Assembly: GCA_000146045.2 (NCBI GenBank)
Contig: BK006940.2
Location: 192,001 to 256,000, forward strand
Direction: 5' to 3'
DNA length: 64,000 nt
Source: TPA_inf: Saccharomyces
Lineage: Eukaryota
Shown here: positions 30,960 through 42,241 of the stretch, one piece after another
Numbering within the stretch: position 1 is the first letter of the stretch
Layout of the letters: every line of letters begins with the position of its first letter
The notes under the pieces: model-generated
Seen by the model: only the letters and a program-made list of their open reading frames with translations
The model's database searches: none
What the model was told of the DNA's origin: nothing
Made by a program: the position numbers and the translations under genes

Positions 30960-31257
30960 TGCGGGCTTGTTTGTATGCTTATGTGAGGCCTTATACTTCT
31001 CTATGTGTTGCTACTCAGTAGAAGGTCAACACCATTGTTTTATACATCATTTATCTTTTGTTATTAATTTGTGACGCTTCCATTTTGTGGCACATAAGGA
31101 GGAAAAAGAAAATTAAAAGAAAAAAAAAAAGAAATAAAAAAAGAAAACGGTACTGGATATTGAGATAAATTTTCCTTCAATTAAGATAATAAAACATGTT
31201 ATATAAAATCAGACAAAATAATATGTAAATTTTTAACGTATTATAATCTTAAAAAGT

Positions 31258-31437
31258 TTATTTCTTGGCAGCAGCCAAAGCCTTAGCAGTGCCGTGTAGG
31301 GCATGCTTGTGGTTTCTTCTAAACTTTGGATCAACACCTTTCAAAGAAGGGTACTTGTAGGTCTTTGGCTTCTTGATACCGTTTCTGTGAGCCTTTCTGG
31401 TTTGGTTGTGAGCGGTATGGTTCTTAGACTTAGCCAT
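31258..31437 (-). CDS. RPL29: Ribosomal protein eL29 (RPL29), 59 aa. It is too short for the ORF track.
   Basis: Minus-strand ATG at 31437. The translation [25 protein letters not shown]...AKALAAAKK is confirmed codon-by-codon at both ends. Stop TAA is at 31258-60. Confidence 0.85.
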
Positions 31438-31709
31438 TTTCTGGAGAAGACGATGAATGTACGCAGAAATTGCGAATGGTCATTAAAGGTTAGTAAAAAT
31501 GATTCATAACGGTGGAGGGGAGTAGCGTGGCAGCTAACTGCCAATCTGAAGTGGTGCTAGCGGGGGCAACTTCGAACAAGGGTATGCTAAAGGTAATTGA
31601 ACGTTCGAGAAAGAGCGTTCGCTATAAGTTCAAACACTGGTAACTTTCCATTATTTTCCCTTCTCTCTTTTTTTCTTTATATCCTCCACTATATGCCACT
31701 CAGCGCACC

Positions 31710-31973
31710 TCAGATTTGGCTACCTGCATTTCCAATGGGCGAAATGGGGACTTCATGATAATATAACGTACTTTCTAACTGTATTGTTGTTCCGGGGTTC
31801 TTGAATATTGAATGAAAAATGTTATAAAATAATGGGTTGAATCTTGAAATATGCAGTATTGAAATATTCTGAAATTGTATGTATCCAGAGATTATGGCAA
31901 AGCCTAAAGGGAAAATGGTAGACTTCCTACATTGAGAATATCGCTGGTTTTCCCGAGCGCGGCTAGCGACCAT
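31710..31973 (-). CDS. Small ORF of 87 aa, corresponding by position and size to the uncharacterised YFR032C-B. Coding status is uncertain.
   Basis: 87-aa ORF in the RPL29-QCR6 intergenic region. No recognisable domain. Recalled SGD annotation only. Confidence 0.25.
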
Positions 31974-32325
31974 TTTTCTTTGTCCTTACAGAACTAAAAA
32001 AAAAAAACCAAAAAAAAGTCGAAAACAAGAATACATGCGCTGTATGGGTCTAAGAGTATGTACGGATGTAAAAGAAAACAGTACTAGACAGAGCGCATAA
32101 AAAAAGCCTAATCCCTTTTCCGTCTGTATACTTGTGCTCCCTTATAAAAAAAATTAAAAATTAAAAAATAAAAATAAGAATAGTGTATAAAATTATTTTT
32201 GCTTTGATTTTAGTTTATTTATTTACTTTCTAAATACAGTAGGTTAAATAAGGATCGGTTTCTTGAAGAAATTGTAACAAGACTCAGAATAAATATGAAT
32301 ATAGGGAATATGACGGATAAACAGA

Positions 32326-32769
32326 CTACTTTAATTTGTCAAATAATCTAGGTGCCGTGGCAGTGTCCAAATAGTGCTGTAGATGGAAAAACTCCTCCAC
32401 ACAGTCCTCCTTGTGTTCAAGATCCGCGTAGCCGGGTTGTTGTTGCTGTATCTTGACTCTCTCAGCACACTCCTCGTAGTGGTGCACAAGGGCCTTACCC
32501 TCCTCCGTGTTCTTGAAATGTTCTCTCAAATCTTCCAACTGATCAGTGACTTCTTCCTCTTCTTCCTCATCTTCGTCGTCATCATCATCATCATCTTCGT
32601 CTTCGTCTTCATCCTCATCTTCATCCCCATTTTCTTCTTCTTTTTCTTCTCCTTCTGCTGCCTTTTCTTCATGCTGCTCGTTATCGTCATCTTCGGCCGC
32701 GGCCACAACAGGCACAACGGTTATCTTTAGTTGTTCCCAGTACTCACCAACTAGTTCCAACATGCCCAT
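32326..32769 (-). CDS. QCR6: Qcr6, the acidic hinge subunit 6 of ubiquinol-cytochrome c reductase, 147 aa
   Basis: 147-aa ORF with an extreme Asp/Glu run (EDEDEDEDEDDDDDDDEDEEEEEE) that is characteristic of the bc1 hinge protein. Confidence 0.9.
   Translation of the reverse strand: MGMLELVGEYWEQLKITVVPVVAAAEDDDNEQHEEKAAEGEEKEEENGDEDEDEDEDEDDDDDDDEDEEEEEEVTDQLEDLREHFKNTEEGKALVHHYEECAERVKIQQQQPGYADLEHKEDCVEEFFHLQHYLDTATAPRLFDKLK
32556..32645. repeat. Imperfect GAA/GAT triplet-repeat tract inside QCR6 encoding the poly-acidic hinge
   Basis: The plus strand reads cttcctcttcttcctcatcttcgtcgtcatcatcatcatcatcttcgtcttcgtcttcatcctcatcttcatcc. Confidence 0.9.
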
Positions 32770-33019
32770 TTTCTATTTCTTTTTCTTTATCCGTGTGTGT
32801 AGGTGTAAGTGTATATGTGTGCTTCTGTTAATGTGAGTGCGTGTATACAATATGTGCAAATAAGCGCCAACCAATACTGCCCTTAAGACTGAGTAGGTCC
32901 TAATCTCGAAAACCCGGTGTGGGCCACTTTCCAGCAAAGCGCCTCTTATAACAAGCACCGCGCAGGGGAGGCGCGCCCCAGTCCGATATGCCCGGAACGT
33001 GCTTCCCATTGGTGCACGG

Positions 33020-33958
33020 TCACGTGCTCACGTTCTGCTGTAGGTGACGGATGTACCGGCAGGCCGCCTCCACGGTGGTCGCTTTGGACGGCGCGGCCGA
33101 CACATTTTGCTGTTTCCACTCCGCGGGGATTAAAGACGCCAGTTCGTGCAGCGCGACCGCTAATCGATTACGCCGTGCTTGCTCTGCATGCTTGTGTGAT
33201 TCGCGCTTGTCATCGTCCACGAGCGCGCCCGATGACCGTCGCTTACTCAGCGACCGCGAATGGCTCGATCCGTGCGGCGCGATTACAGGAGACTCACTTG
33301 CTACGACCACGCCTTCTGCGCTGCTGCTGGTCTTGGCCGTGACCGGTGATACGCGTCTTGTGCTGTTCGACGGCAGAATAACTTTCGGATATTGCTTTGG
33401 TTTCGGTTTCGGTTTCGGAGTTGGGATAACGCTGTCGGGCAATTCGAACAGCGAAGTGGCCGAATCCGGCCCGGGTTTACCTCTGCGCTTGTTCAAATAC
33501 GGACTACTATTACTCTTGTTTTTAGTGACTTTGTTAGCGGATGTGGTGGAAGTAGCAGTAGCGACCAAGTTCGGCGAAATGGTTACGGGAACCGCACTTT
33601 GCGTGTGTATTAGCGGCGAATATAATAGCCGCGGCTTGATTGTAGCAGTTGTAGCTGGGGAGTGGTGCGCATGCGAGGGCATCATCCAGTCCATATCCAT
33701 ACCTTCCACCAGCTCAAAGGCGCGGTCTAGGTCGTCCAACGCGAGACTGTCTTGTTCATTTTCATTCTCGTTCCCATTCTCACTGCTGTTGTGGTTCTCT
33801 TGACTGTTCAGCTCGTCGTTTTGCTCGTTGAAGTCCTCGCGCCCATCATGCCGTTTCGTGTTTACGGTGATAAAGTCTCCGACTTTATCAAGAATGCTGC
33901 TCTTGGGCTCTAGATCGTCCACAAAACCGTGTATTCCCTCAGAAGTTGTACGGCCCAT
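33020..33958 (-). CDS. PHO4: Pho4, the bHLH transcription factor of the phosphate (PHO) regulon, 312 aa
   Basis: 312-aa ORF with a C-terminal basic helix-loop-helix (KRESHKHAEQARRNRLAVALHELASLIP). Ser/Pro-rich phosphorylation region. Confidence 0.9.
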   Translation of the reverse strand: MGRTTSEGIHGFVDDLEPKSSILDKVGDFITVNTKRHDGREDFNEQNDELNSQENHNSSENGNENENEQDSLALDDLDRAFELVEGMDMDWMMPSHAHHSPATTATIKPRLLYSPLIHTQSAVPVTISPNLVATATSTTSANKVTKNKSNSSPYLNKRRGKPGPDSATSLFELPDSVIPTPKPKPKPKQYPKVILPSNSTRRVSPVTAKTSSSAEGVVVASESPVIAPHGSSHSRSLSKRRSSGALVDDDKRESHKHAEQARRNRLAVALHELASLIPAEWKQQNVSAAPSKATTVEAACRYIRHLQQNVST

Positions 33959-34120
33959 GACTTTCTGCTACTCTTGTTCTGTCTCCTTTGCTCATCTCTT
34001 CTCTTCTGGTCCTTCCGAAGCATGACTTCTTCCCTGGTTATATACATTTTTCTATGGTCAAGACTCATTTGCCAAATATTTCCGTGCGAGCGGCCGGGTC
34101 AGCCTTTCGCCTACCACATA

Positions 34121-34465
34121 TTAGGCGAGGCAAAAAAAAAAAAAAATAGAAAACGAGAAAATCGCACTTGCAGCATAGGAAATACTTGCACACAGACATA
34201 CACATACACACCGTACGCAAAGAAGGCAAGGCAGCAAGAAAAACTGTGGGAACGTAGAAATGAACGTACCTACGGCGCCAACTCCCAACAAACATTTGAA
34301 CATACCTGATTTGAGGTTCGAGAAAGTGTTCAAGAAAGCTTTACACAGGGAATTGGCACCCTCATCGTCTCTCTCACGGAAGGCGGGTGTGATTACGAAA
34401 GTTGTGGTTCGCGATGTCCTGCTCATGCCCTTATTGCAGAGCTTTGTTTTGTCACTCGCGCTCAT
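34121..34465 (-). CDS. Small ORF of 114 aa, matching uncharacterised YFR035C by position. It overlaps the convergent YFR034W-A-like ORF.
   Basis: 114-aa ORF. Cys-rich and low complexity, with no domain recognised. Recalled annotation only. Confidence 0.3.
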   Translation of the reverse strand: MSASDKTKLCNKGMSRTSRTTTFVITPAFRERDDEGANSLCKAFLNTFSNLKSGMFKCLLGVGAVGTFISTFPQFFLLPCLLCVRCVCVCLCASISYAASAIFSFSIFFFFCLA

Positions 34466-34550
34466 GGGTGTGAAGGAATGGTTGTCTTACATACGCTTGA
34501 AAGGACGAACCCTAGGTGACCGCATTAGACAGAGACTTTTTCCGATCTAA
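34260..34550 (+). CDS. Small ORF of 96 aa, YFR034W-A-like. It has a predicted C-terminal hydrophobic segment.
   Basis: ATG-initiated 96-aa ORF that overlaps the 114-aa ORF convergently on the opposite strand. Coding status is uncertain. Confidence 0.3.
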   Translation: MNVPTAPTPNKHLNIPDLRFEKVFKKALHRELAPSSSLSRKAGVITKVVVRDVLLMPLLQSFVLSLALMGVKEWLSYIRLKGRTLGDRIRQRLFPI

Positions 34551-34687
34551 ATAATGCATATAACCGTATCTTTTTTATATGAACCTAGTTTTGCTGTATA
34601 AGAGCCGAGAAAAAAATATAGGAAAATATAGGAAAATATGCAAAATAGAAACACGAATTTTTTTTTTGTTAGAGAAAAAAAGAGATA

Positions 34688-34760
34688 AGCCCTGTAGGGG
34701 GCTCGAACCCCTAACCTTATGATTAAGAGTCATACGCGCTACCGATTGCGCCAACAAGGC
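34688..34760 (-). tRNA. tK(CUU)F: tRNA-Lys (anticodon CUU), 73 nt
   Basis: Reverse complement reads GCCTTGTTGGCGCAATCGGTAGCGCGTATGACTCTTAATCATAAGGTTAGGGGTTCGAGCCCCCTACAGGGCT. Anticodon loop is CTCTTAATC. Confidence 0.9.
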
Positions 34761-34962
34761 ATTTTAATCTCTGGCTACTCGGCACTAAAAGATGCACCAC
34801 ATCCGATGTTTAGGCCGCACCATAATTTTTTCTTTTTCCTGTCTCTTTGTCCTTTCACATTGCACAAAAGTAGAGGAATAATGGATGGATCTAGGATGTA
34901 CGTATATATGATATTAGCGGTCTGAAGAGAAAAAAAAAACAGCAACAATAACATCGCACTTG

Positions 34963-35337
34963 ATGATCAGAAGGGCCCCTACCACCTTGCAGCTCAGTCA
35001 CGACGACGTAACCTCTCTGATCGATGACCTGAACGAGCAGAAACTCAAGCAGCAGCTGAATATCGAGAAGACAAAATACTTCCAAGGAAAAAATGGCGGA
35101 TCGCTGCACTCCAATACAGACTTTCAGGACACATCGCAGAATATCGAAGACAACAATAACGATAACGATAACGATATCGATGAAGATGACGACATGTCAT
35201 CTTACAACGACAAAGCAGCCTCGGTAGCGCACACCAGAGTCCTCAATTCCTTGCATCTGTCCACCGACAGCAATACCGCCCACGAGACGTCCAATGCAAA
35301 CGACAACCACAACCCCTTCTACATCCGCGAGGAATAA
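34963..35337 (+). CDS. CDC26: Cdc26, a small APC/C subunit, 124 aa
   Basis: The track ORF starts at a TTG at 34960. The ATG at 34963 gives MIRRAPTTLQLSHDD... and 124 aa. Confidence 0.85.
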   Translation: MIRRAPTTLQLSHDDVTSLIDDLNEQKLKQQLNIEKTKYFQGKNGGSLHSNTDFQDTSQNIEDNNNDNDNDIDEDDDMSSYNDKAASVAHTRVLNSLHLSTDSNTAHETSNANDNHNPFYIREE

Positions 35338-35347
35338 TAGCATATCC

Positions 35348-35381
35348 GCATACGCACACGCACACGCACACGCGCACGCAT
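35348..35381. repeat. (CACACG)n-like hexanucleotide microsatellite 3' of CDC26
   Basis: gcatacgcacacgcacacgcacacgcgcacgc seen in the sequence. Confidence 0.85.
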
Positions 35382-35478
35382 CCACATTCACTTTCACTTA
35401 TAAAATTTCTTCTCTCTAGTTTTATATACGTTGTATTAGAAATATAAAATATGACAATAGTACACTTTGTAGGCTCTC

Positions 35479-35499
35479 TTTTTTTTTTTTTTTTTTTTT
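35479..35499. repeat. Poly(dT) tract of 21 nt in the convergent CDC26/RSC8 3' intergenic region
   Basis: Homopolymer run seen directly in the sequence. Confidence 0.9.
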
Positions 35500-35512
35500 C
35501 TTATATATTTTT

Positions 35513-37186
35513 TTACAATGACCACGGTTTGTACACCTGGGGCTGCAATTTTGCAATGGAGTCGCCTTCGCCTACTTCCTCGCCTTCCTTGCCTACACGT
35601 TTCACGCCATGTCCTGTGGCCGTATTGCCGTCTTCGTCATCGCCCTCCTGGTCCTTCTCCACTAGTTGTATGCCCGAGTCTACTTGCTCCGAGATCAGTA
35701 CCAGTTTCTTCGACACATTCAACTCCTCCAGCGACTTGTTCAGGTCAAGAATCTGTTTACTCAGTGATAATCGGTCGTTCAGCATCTTTTCAGATTCCTT
35801 CACATATTTCAGTTTTTCCATCTCCAGTTGCGTTTCTAGATCGCACAGCTTTGTAAACTTGCTCTCTAATTTCTCCATGGTCAGCTTGACTAACTCTTGG
35901 ATTATCGCTTGGCTTTCTTCAATGTACTTTTCGGAGATCTCTCTCGACTTATCAGAGACCTTACCCAATTTGTCGTCGCCTTGCAGTAGCGTCTGGACAG
36001 CATCATTCACGCATTCCATCAACTTCGAACCGGACACACTACCATCGCGGCTGTCGCCACCCTTACCATTCAGCGTTGAACCAACAACTTCTCGGATGTA
36101 GTTGTCCTCGATCGGTAAGCTTAGGAATTTTTCAATGCAGTCTTCTACACGCTTGTGCCCACCCACGTGGTCAGCAATCTTCTCCCACTGGTCTTCATAC
36201 ATTTCAATACCCTCCAGCAATAGTAGCATCTCCTGGTCTGACCAGTTTTTTTTAACCGAGTTTCCGTTGTTTTCTAATCTGATGAAATCTGAAGATTGAA
36301 AGTTGGCACCGAAATGACCCTCTTGGAAACAACGGGAGCACAGGTTGGTGTCCCGTGCACGCAAATTGTGGTAGCGCACATTGATTGACTCGTTACCGCA
36401 TGTATGGCAAATGTAAACTTTGTGAATCTGCCTGGAGTTTCTACTTTCGTCTTGTAATGCATTGAAGTCTTGTGCAGAATCGTAAACGTTCTTCTTGATT
36501 GTGAGATTAACGGGAAATTCCTTCTTGACTTGTGGTTCCGCTCCATCTCCTCCTTCCACTTCTTGCTTGATCACATTCTCTGGTAAAAATGGCTTTAACC
36601 CCTGCGGAGTGTCCAGAACCACTTGGAAGTGGCCCGTAAAACTTGGCCCAATAAGACTGGGCTTGGTCCTGGGGTCAATCTGATAATTGATTAAGCCCCA
36701 TTTTTCCAAGAACGCGTGAATCTTCACTATCGAGGCAACATCCATGGCAACATTTCTTCTCACAGCGGTAATGGTCAAATATTCGTACGGCGAAAGACGG
36801 TACGTGTTGATGATAAAATTTCTTGTGTCCTTATATGCCTTTGGTGTCTTGAACCTTGATGAATCGTTGAAAAAGTCGGGATTGGATCTTTTTTCGATCT
36901 CGTGGATCTTCGAAATATCAAACCAAGAGGCAAACGACGGAATAATCACCGGGTGAGTTTGCTTTGCCAGGAACCTAAGGGCCTTCTCCTCCAGTTTCTG
37001 TGCTTCTTGCTCGTAATTGATTTTCTTATGAGCTACTTCTGCTCCCAATGTGGCAGATTCCTCCTTCGCCTGTTCCTGTGCTAAGTGAGGGAAAGATGGC
37101 GTGTTGGTGCTTGTGGTGGGTGGCTCCTCGGTCGCTTCGTGCGAGTCTACCATAGGGACATCCTTATCCTTTTCAGTGTCGCTCAT
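35513..37186 (-). CDS. RSC8: Rsc8, an RSC chromatin-remodeller core subunit with SWIRM, ZZ zinc-finger and SANT domains, 557 aa
   Basis: 557-aa ORF. It has a ZZ-type Cys cluster ([33 protein letters not shown]), a SANT-like region ([16 protein letters not shown]) and a C-terminal coiled coil. Confidence 0.9.
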
Positions 37187-37379
37187 TATCCTGGCCTTCT
37201 ATCTACTCTTTGCTTCTCTGCTCTACCCTTCTCTCTATAAACCTCACGAACTAATTCAATGTTGATGAAACTTATTTTTTCCAACTTTTTTACATCAAGC
37301 GGGTGACAAAGAGAACGCCGTAATTAAATTATCATAGAAAAGAGTAACGGATTAAGGAAGTATCAAATTTGGCGATGAG

Positions 37380-39941
37380 ATGAGCAGATGCTCAAACGCG
37401 GCGCTGATGACTGTTGTTGAGGATGCTGTTGGGGCCAGGGTGGCTGCAAGGACGAGAAACATGAGCAATGGCGTCAATTACCGGGAGAAGGAAGTCAATG
37501 ACCTAACGGCTGACATTTCAGATTCAGATTCAGATTTGGATTCAGAGGACAATAAACATGGCAAAGGCGACAATGACACTGCCCCCATATGGTTACAAGA
37601 TGATGTGCATTCAGACGAAGATATTCAGCTGGACTCAGAGGACGATTCCGATACAGAAGCTGTTCAAGCCCAAGTGGTGGATAAATTGGCAAAAGACACG
37701 AAATCAGAGCAAAAATCCTTGGATGATGAGCTCTCCGAGATGGATACCAAGACGGTTTCTTTAAAACTTAAGAAACTAAACGAGTTTGTGAGGCAGAGTC
37801 AGGTATATTCCAGTATAATCGCCGATACTTTACTACATCGATCTAATGAAGTGGCTAACGCTAATACAAAAGATAACAGCAACTCTGATGATGAAGAACA
37901 TTCTTCAAAAAAACGTAAAACAAAAAAAAAATCAATAACAGATTTCTTCAAAAAACAGAAAAAGAACGAAGATACAACCACCCAAAACGGCGCACCAGAC
38001 GATGCAGCAATAAAGCAACCTCGCCTATTGAAAAACTGTATTTTAAAACCTTACCAACTAGAAGGTCTTAACTGGCTGATCACTCTTTATGAAAATGGCC
38101 TGAACGGAATTCTTGCCGATGAAATGGGTCTTGGTAAGACTGTTCAAAGTATTGCTCTTTTGGCGTTCATATATGAAATGGACACAAAGGGTCCTTTTCT
38201 AGTGACTGCACCATTAAGCACCCTAGATAATTGGATGAACGAATTTGCAAAATTCGCTCCTGATCTACCAGTTCTAAAATATTATGGGACCAATGGTTAT
38301 AAGGAACGTTCTGCCAAGTTGAAAAATTTCTTTAAACAACACGGCGGCACGGGGATCGTCATCACATCATATGAAATTATTTTAAGAGATACCGACTTAA
38401 TCATGAGTCAAAATTGGAAATTTTTAATTGTTGATGAAGGCCACCGTCTGAAAAATATAAACTGTAGATTGATTAAAGAGTTAAAAAAAATCAATACTTC
38501 CAATAGACTGCTACTAACAGGGACGCCTTTACAAAATAACCTAGCTGAATTATGGTCACTTTTGAATTTCATAATGCCCGATATCTTTGCCGATTTCGAG
38601 ATATTCAATAAATGGTTTGACTTCGACAGCTTAAATTTAGGCTCCGGTTCCAACTCTGAAGCATTGAATAAGTTAATCAACGATGAACTACAGAAAAATT
38701 TGATTTCCAATTTACACACAATTCTGAAACCATTCCTTTTGAGAAGATTGAAAAAAGTTGTTTTGGCTAATATTCTGCCGCCAAAGAGAGAATATATCAT
38801 AAATTGTCCGATGACGTCTGCACAGGAAAAATTCTATAAGGCTGGATTGAATGGAAAGTTGAAAAAAACCATGTTCAAAGAATTAATCAAGGATTTTTTC
38901 ACATTGAACGATGAATACATCGGCCACGTTTCTAATCGGTCCATACGAGATTTCATCAATTATAAACTATCTGGTAATGAAACTTCAAATACAGACAATA
39001 AAATCAATCCAACCTTGTTGCAAATGGACAAACTATATAAGAAGAACCTGCAAATGGAAATTTCAAATAAGAAATTGCAAAATATGATGATGCAATTGAG
39101 ACAAATCATTGACTCAACTTTTTTGTTTTATTTCCCATATTTACACCCAGAAGACTTGACTTTGGAAACTCTTTTAAAGACGTCTGGGAAATTACAAATC
39201 TTACAAAAATTAATCCCCCCATTAATATCTGAGGGGCACAAAGTGCTTATTTATTCTCAGTTTGTTAACATGCTCGATTTGATCGAAGATTGGTGTGATT
39301 TAAATTCGTTCGCGACATTTCGAATTGATGGTTCAGTAAACAATGAAACAAGAAAGGATCAACTCGAGAAGTTTAATAGCTCGAAAGATAAGCATAACAT
39401 TTTCCTATTGTCCACAAGGGCGGCAGGACTGGGTATTAATCTAGTCGGGGCAGATACAGTTGTCTTGTTTGATAGTGATTGGAATCCACAGGTGGATTTA
39501 CAAGCCATGGACAGGTGTCACCGTATTGGCCAAGAATCACCGGTTATAGTATATAGGTTGTGTTGTGATAACACCATTGAACATGTTATATTGACCAGAG
39601 CGGCCAATAAGCGAAATTTGGAAAGAATGGTTATCCAGATGGGAAAATTCAATAACCTGAAAAAATTGGCGTTAAATGAAGGTTCTTTTTTGAAGGCAAA
39701 CAAAGCGGGTGTTAATGTCACTAATAAGGACTTAGTCCAGGAGTTATCTATGCTTTTAATGAGCGATGAATCCAATATAGGCTTTGAAAATGGGGGACAG
39801 AAAGAAAATAAGGCTACTGAGGGCCAACTGACTGATAAGGAGGTTGAAGAATTGACCAACAGATCTCTTGAAGCGTACAAGGCCAACAGAGTCGTAGATC
39901 TGCCGCACGTCAAGCTATTTGAAACAACCTCCGGTCTTTAA
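37380..39941 (+). CDS. IRC5: Irc5, an Snf2-family DNA-dependent ATPase (LSH/HELLS-like) with an acidic Ser/Asp-rich N-terminus, 853 aa
   Basis: 853-aa ORF. Helicase motif I ([10 protein letters not shown]), a DEGH box ([11 protein letters not shown]), and the C-terminal helicase domain ([11 protein letters not shown]). Confidence 0.9.
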
Positions 39942-40011
39942 CTTGGTTATCATACAATATTGTTTTTATTAAATGTTTGTATATATGTACATATACATAC
40001 CTATATATTGA

Positions 40012-41544
40012 TCAATGTTCTTGCCGTACAAATTCTTCCTCTAGTTGTTCCTTTAGTTCACGGTTTTTGAATAAAGTATCCGCAGTATTCATTCGTTGCA
40101 GAAAGGTATCTTGAATATTATTTTTTGTGTTCTGGAAATCAGCTTTTAGTTTAGTAATCCATTCCAGTATCAAAGTCATATCCAGATCATGTTTTACCAG
40201 ACGGTTCCTCTCAGAAATAACTTTCTTTTTCAATTCCATGAAACGGAGCCAGTTGGAATGATTCTCTTCTATATAGGCAGGATCGTATTGATCTTCCAAA
40301 TGGAGACCTCTGACGTCCATATATGCCATTCTTTGCGACCATTGACTTATCATTACATCGCCCCACTCTTCGTACACTTCGACGTTTTCAAGACGAATCG
40401 ATTCTGCCAGTTTAGCCATTTCGGTAAGAAAAGAATCTAATGAATGAAACAGTGATTTTTCAAAGTCTAACAAATGTATTTTATAATTCTTCAGTATCGA
40501 TGTGATAGATGATTTGGTAATGTAAGCTTCCAGTTCAACTTGACCCGATTCATCAAAATACTTTATTTTATTTTGCACAGGATCGAATTTAGAGGTACAA
40601 TTAATATCTTTGATTTTTGAATCTAGAAACACTAATTGCTCATTAACGGTAGTGTTAAGGTCATCAAGATTCCTAGTGATTTCTATAGATTTATTTTGCA
40701 CCTCGGCCTCGAACACAGACTGTATCTCTGAATCCAAAAGTGCCATCGCACTGTGTATTTTCGAATCTATAGCCTTAATCCATGCTTCATATTCCATTTT
40801 TAATGATTCTGCCTCGTAAGTTTCCAATTCTGCATGGCTATTGGAACCAATGATAATCTTTGACAAATCCTGCAAAATAGCAGCAGTGACGAGTTGTGAG
40901 TTCCCGTGGCCATCCTGTACTCCATCGAACTCGTATTCTTTATTTTCATCCTCAATTCCGACATCATCCTCATCCTCATCTTCATCCTCATCCTCATTTT
41001 CATTCTCATCATCCTCATAATCCTCTGTTTCCGAGTCTGTCTCAAAAATGGGTTTGGTGAGCGTGCCATCAGCGCTAAAGGAGCCGTATTTCATCCAATC
41101 CGTAGAGGAGTTAAATGGATTCTCTAGTACATTCTTCACATTGTCTGTATATGGCTTTAAATAGTACCAGGCAATCCTTAGATGATTTAATAAAGGTCCC
41201 AACTTGGAATGTAGCGAACAGCAGAGCTCATTTAGCCTTAGAAAAGAGAAAATATTGTACCAAAAGCGGTAAAAATATCCCATAATTCTCTTCAAGGATG
41301 AGTTGGGGTATCTTTCAATCAGTGGTTTTATCGATTGTGAGTACTTTCCAACTAAATAGTCAGAAACCGCTGAACCTTCAACCAATTTAGAATCGAATAG
41401 TGAGCCAACTGAAAATTCAGTATGCCGGCAAATGGGCTGTAAATCTGTGGCAAAGCTTCCCAGACCATTTTGCTGACAGACCAGATACCTTGCAATAAAC
41501 ACGCAAGCCAGCAAAGCAGTCGTTACTTTGAAAACGGCCTTCAT
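40012..41544 (-). CDS. OSW7: Osw7, an outer spore wall protein, 510 aa from the first ATG, with an internal Asp/Glu/Asn-rich tract
   Basis: The track ORF is 544 aa with a non-ATG start. The first Met (MKAVFKVTTALLACVF...) gives 510 aa, matching YFR039C. An N-terminal hydrophobic segment is present. Confidence 0.78.
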   Translation of the reverse strand: MKAVFKVTTALLACVFIARYLVCQQNGLGSFATDLQPICRHTEFSVGSLFDSKLVEGSAVSDYLVGKYSQSIKPLIERYPNSSLKRIMGYFYRFWYNIFSFLRLNELCCSLHSKLGPLLNHLRIAWYYLKPYTDNVKNVLENPFNSSTDWMKYGSFSADGTLTKPIFETDSETEDYEDDENENEDEDEDEDEDDVGIEDENKEYEFDGVQDGHGNSQLVTAAILQDLSKIIIGSNSHAELETYEAESLKMEYEAWIKAIDSKIHSAMALLDSEIQSVFEAEVQNKSIEITRNLDDLNTTVNEQLVFLDSKIKDINCTSKFDPVQNKIKYFDESGQVELEAYITKSSITSILKNYKIHLLDFEKSLFHSLDSFLTEMAKLAESIRLENVEVYEEWGDVMISQWSQRMAYMDVRGLHLEDQYDPAYIEENHSNWLRFMELKKKVISERNRLVKHDLDMTLILEWITKLKADFQNTKNNIQDTFLQRMNTADTLFKNRELKEQLEEEFVRQEH

Positions 41545-42241
41545 GATTTTTAGTAAAGAACTAACCACCTTTTTCTTAGTTAAGAAAAGGTCAATCAGTA
41601 ACAGAAATATGATAGTAGCAACACCCAAAAAAATGCTATCTTCCAATAGTCAAAAAGGAAGCCTCGATGCCATACAAGTCTCTTCTAAAGTACTATTATG
41701 TAATTCCTGTTAAATGATACCTGTATTGTGGCTTAAAAGGGCCGAAATGACAACAAAATGAGTAGGGTTAATTTAATTTTTAAAGAGGGCATTTATCTAA
41801 AAAATGAAAGACAACTATAGGGCTGGTAATTATAGAATAGGTCTTAGTAGGGTTATCCCTTCCTCTAGAAAAAAAGAAAGAAAAATAATTTTAAGTGGCC
41901 AATTAGAACCAAAACCAACAGTATCGTGGTATCATACGCTCCAAAGCAACTAGAAGAAAGGCCTTATTTGACCATTGGATTCAGTATTTTTTCTCCAAGT
42001 AGCGGTTAAAAGACTGAGAGACTAAAGCTAGATAGTGGGTTTGAGTGACTATCCCCTTTTTTCCTCCTCTTTTTTTATTATTTTGATTTTATTTCATTTT
42101 GATTTTATTTCAACACGATTAAGACACAAGCGTTACTTCCCTAGACTATAGTCTCTGCCGTTCCCATTCTATTGATTTTTGGAGCAGCAGTTTTTACAAA
42201 AGAAAAGAAAAAAAAGACGAAAACAACAAGCCAGAGTAAAG

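Noticed and set aside
32780-32860. TG-rich tract (gtgtgtgtaggtgtaagtgtatatgtgtg) resembling telomeric TG1-3, and the (CACACG)n tract at 35348-35381
   Set aside because: They are short and interrupted. They lie in internal promoter and 3' regions and are not flanked by X or Y' elements. Simple-sequence or possible Rap1-like promoter elements fit better than interstitial telomere repeats.
34611-34640. Short tandem duplication ATAGGAAAAT x2 next to tRNA-Lys
   Set aside because: Two copies of a 10-mer in AT-rich DNA. It is too short to call an LTR or a regulatory repeat.
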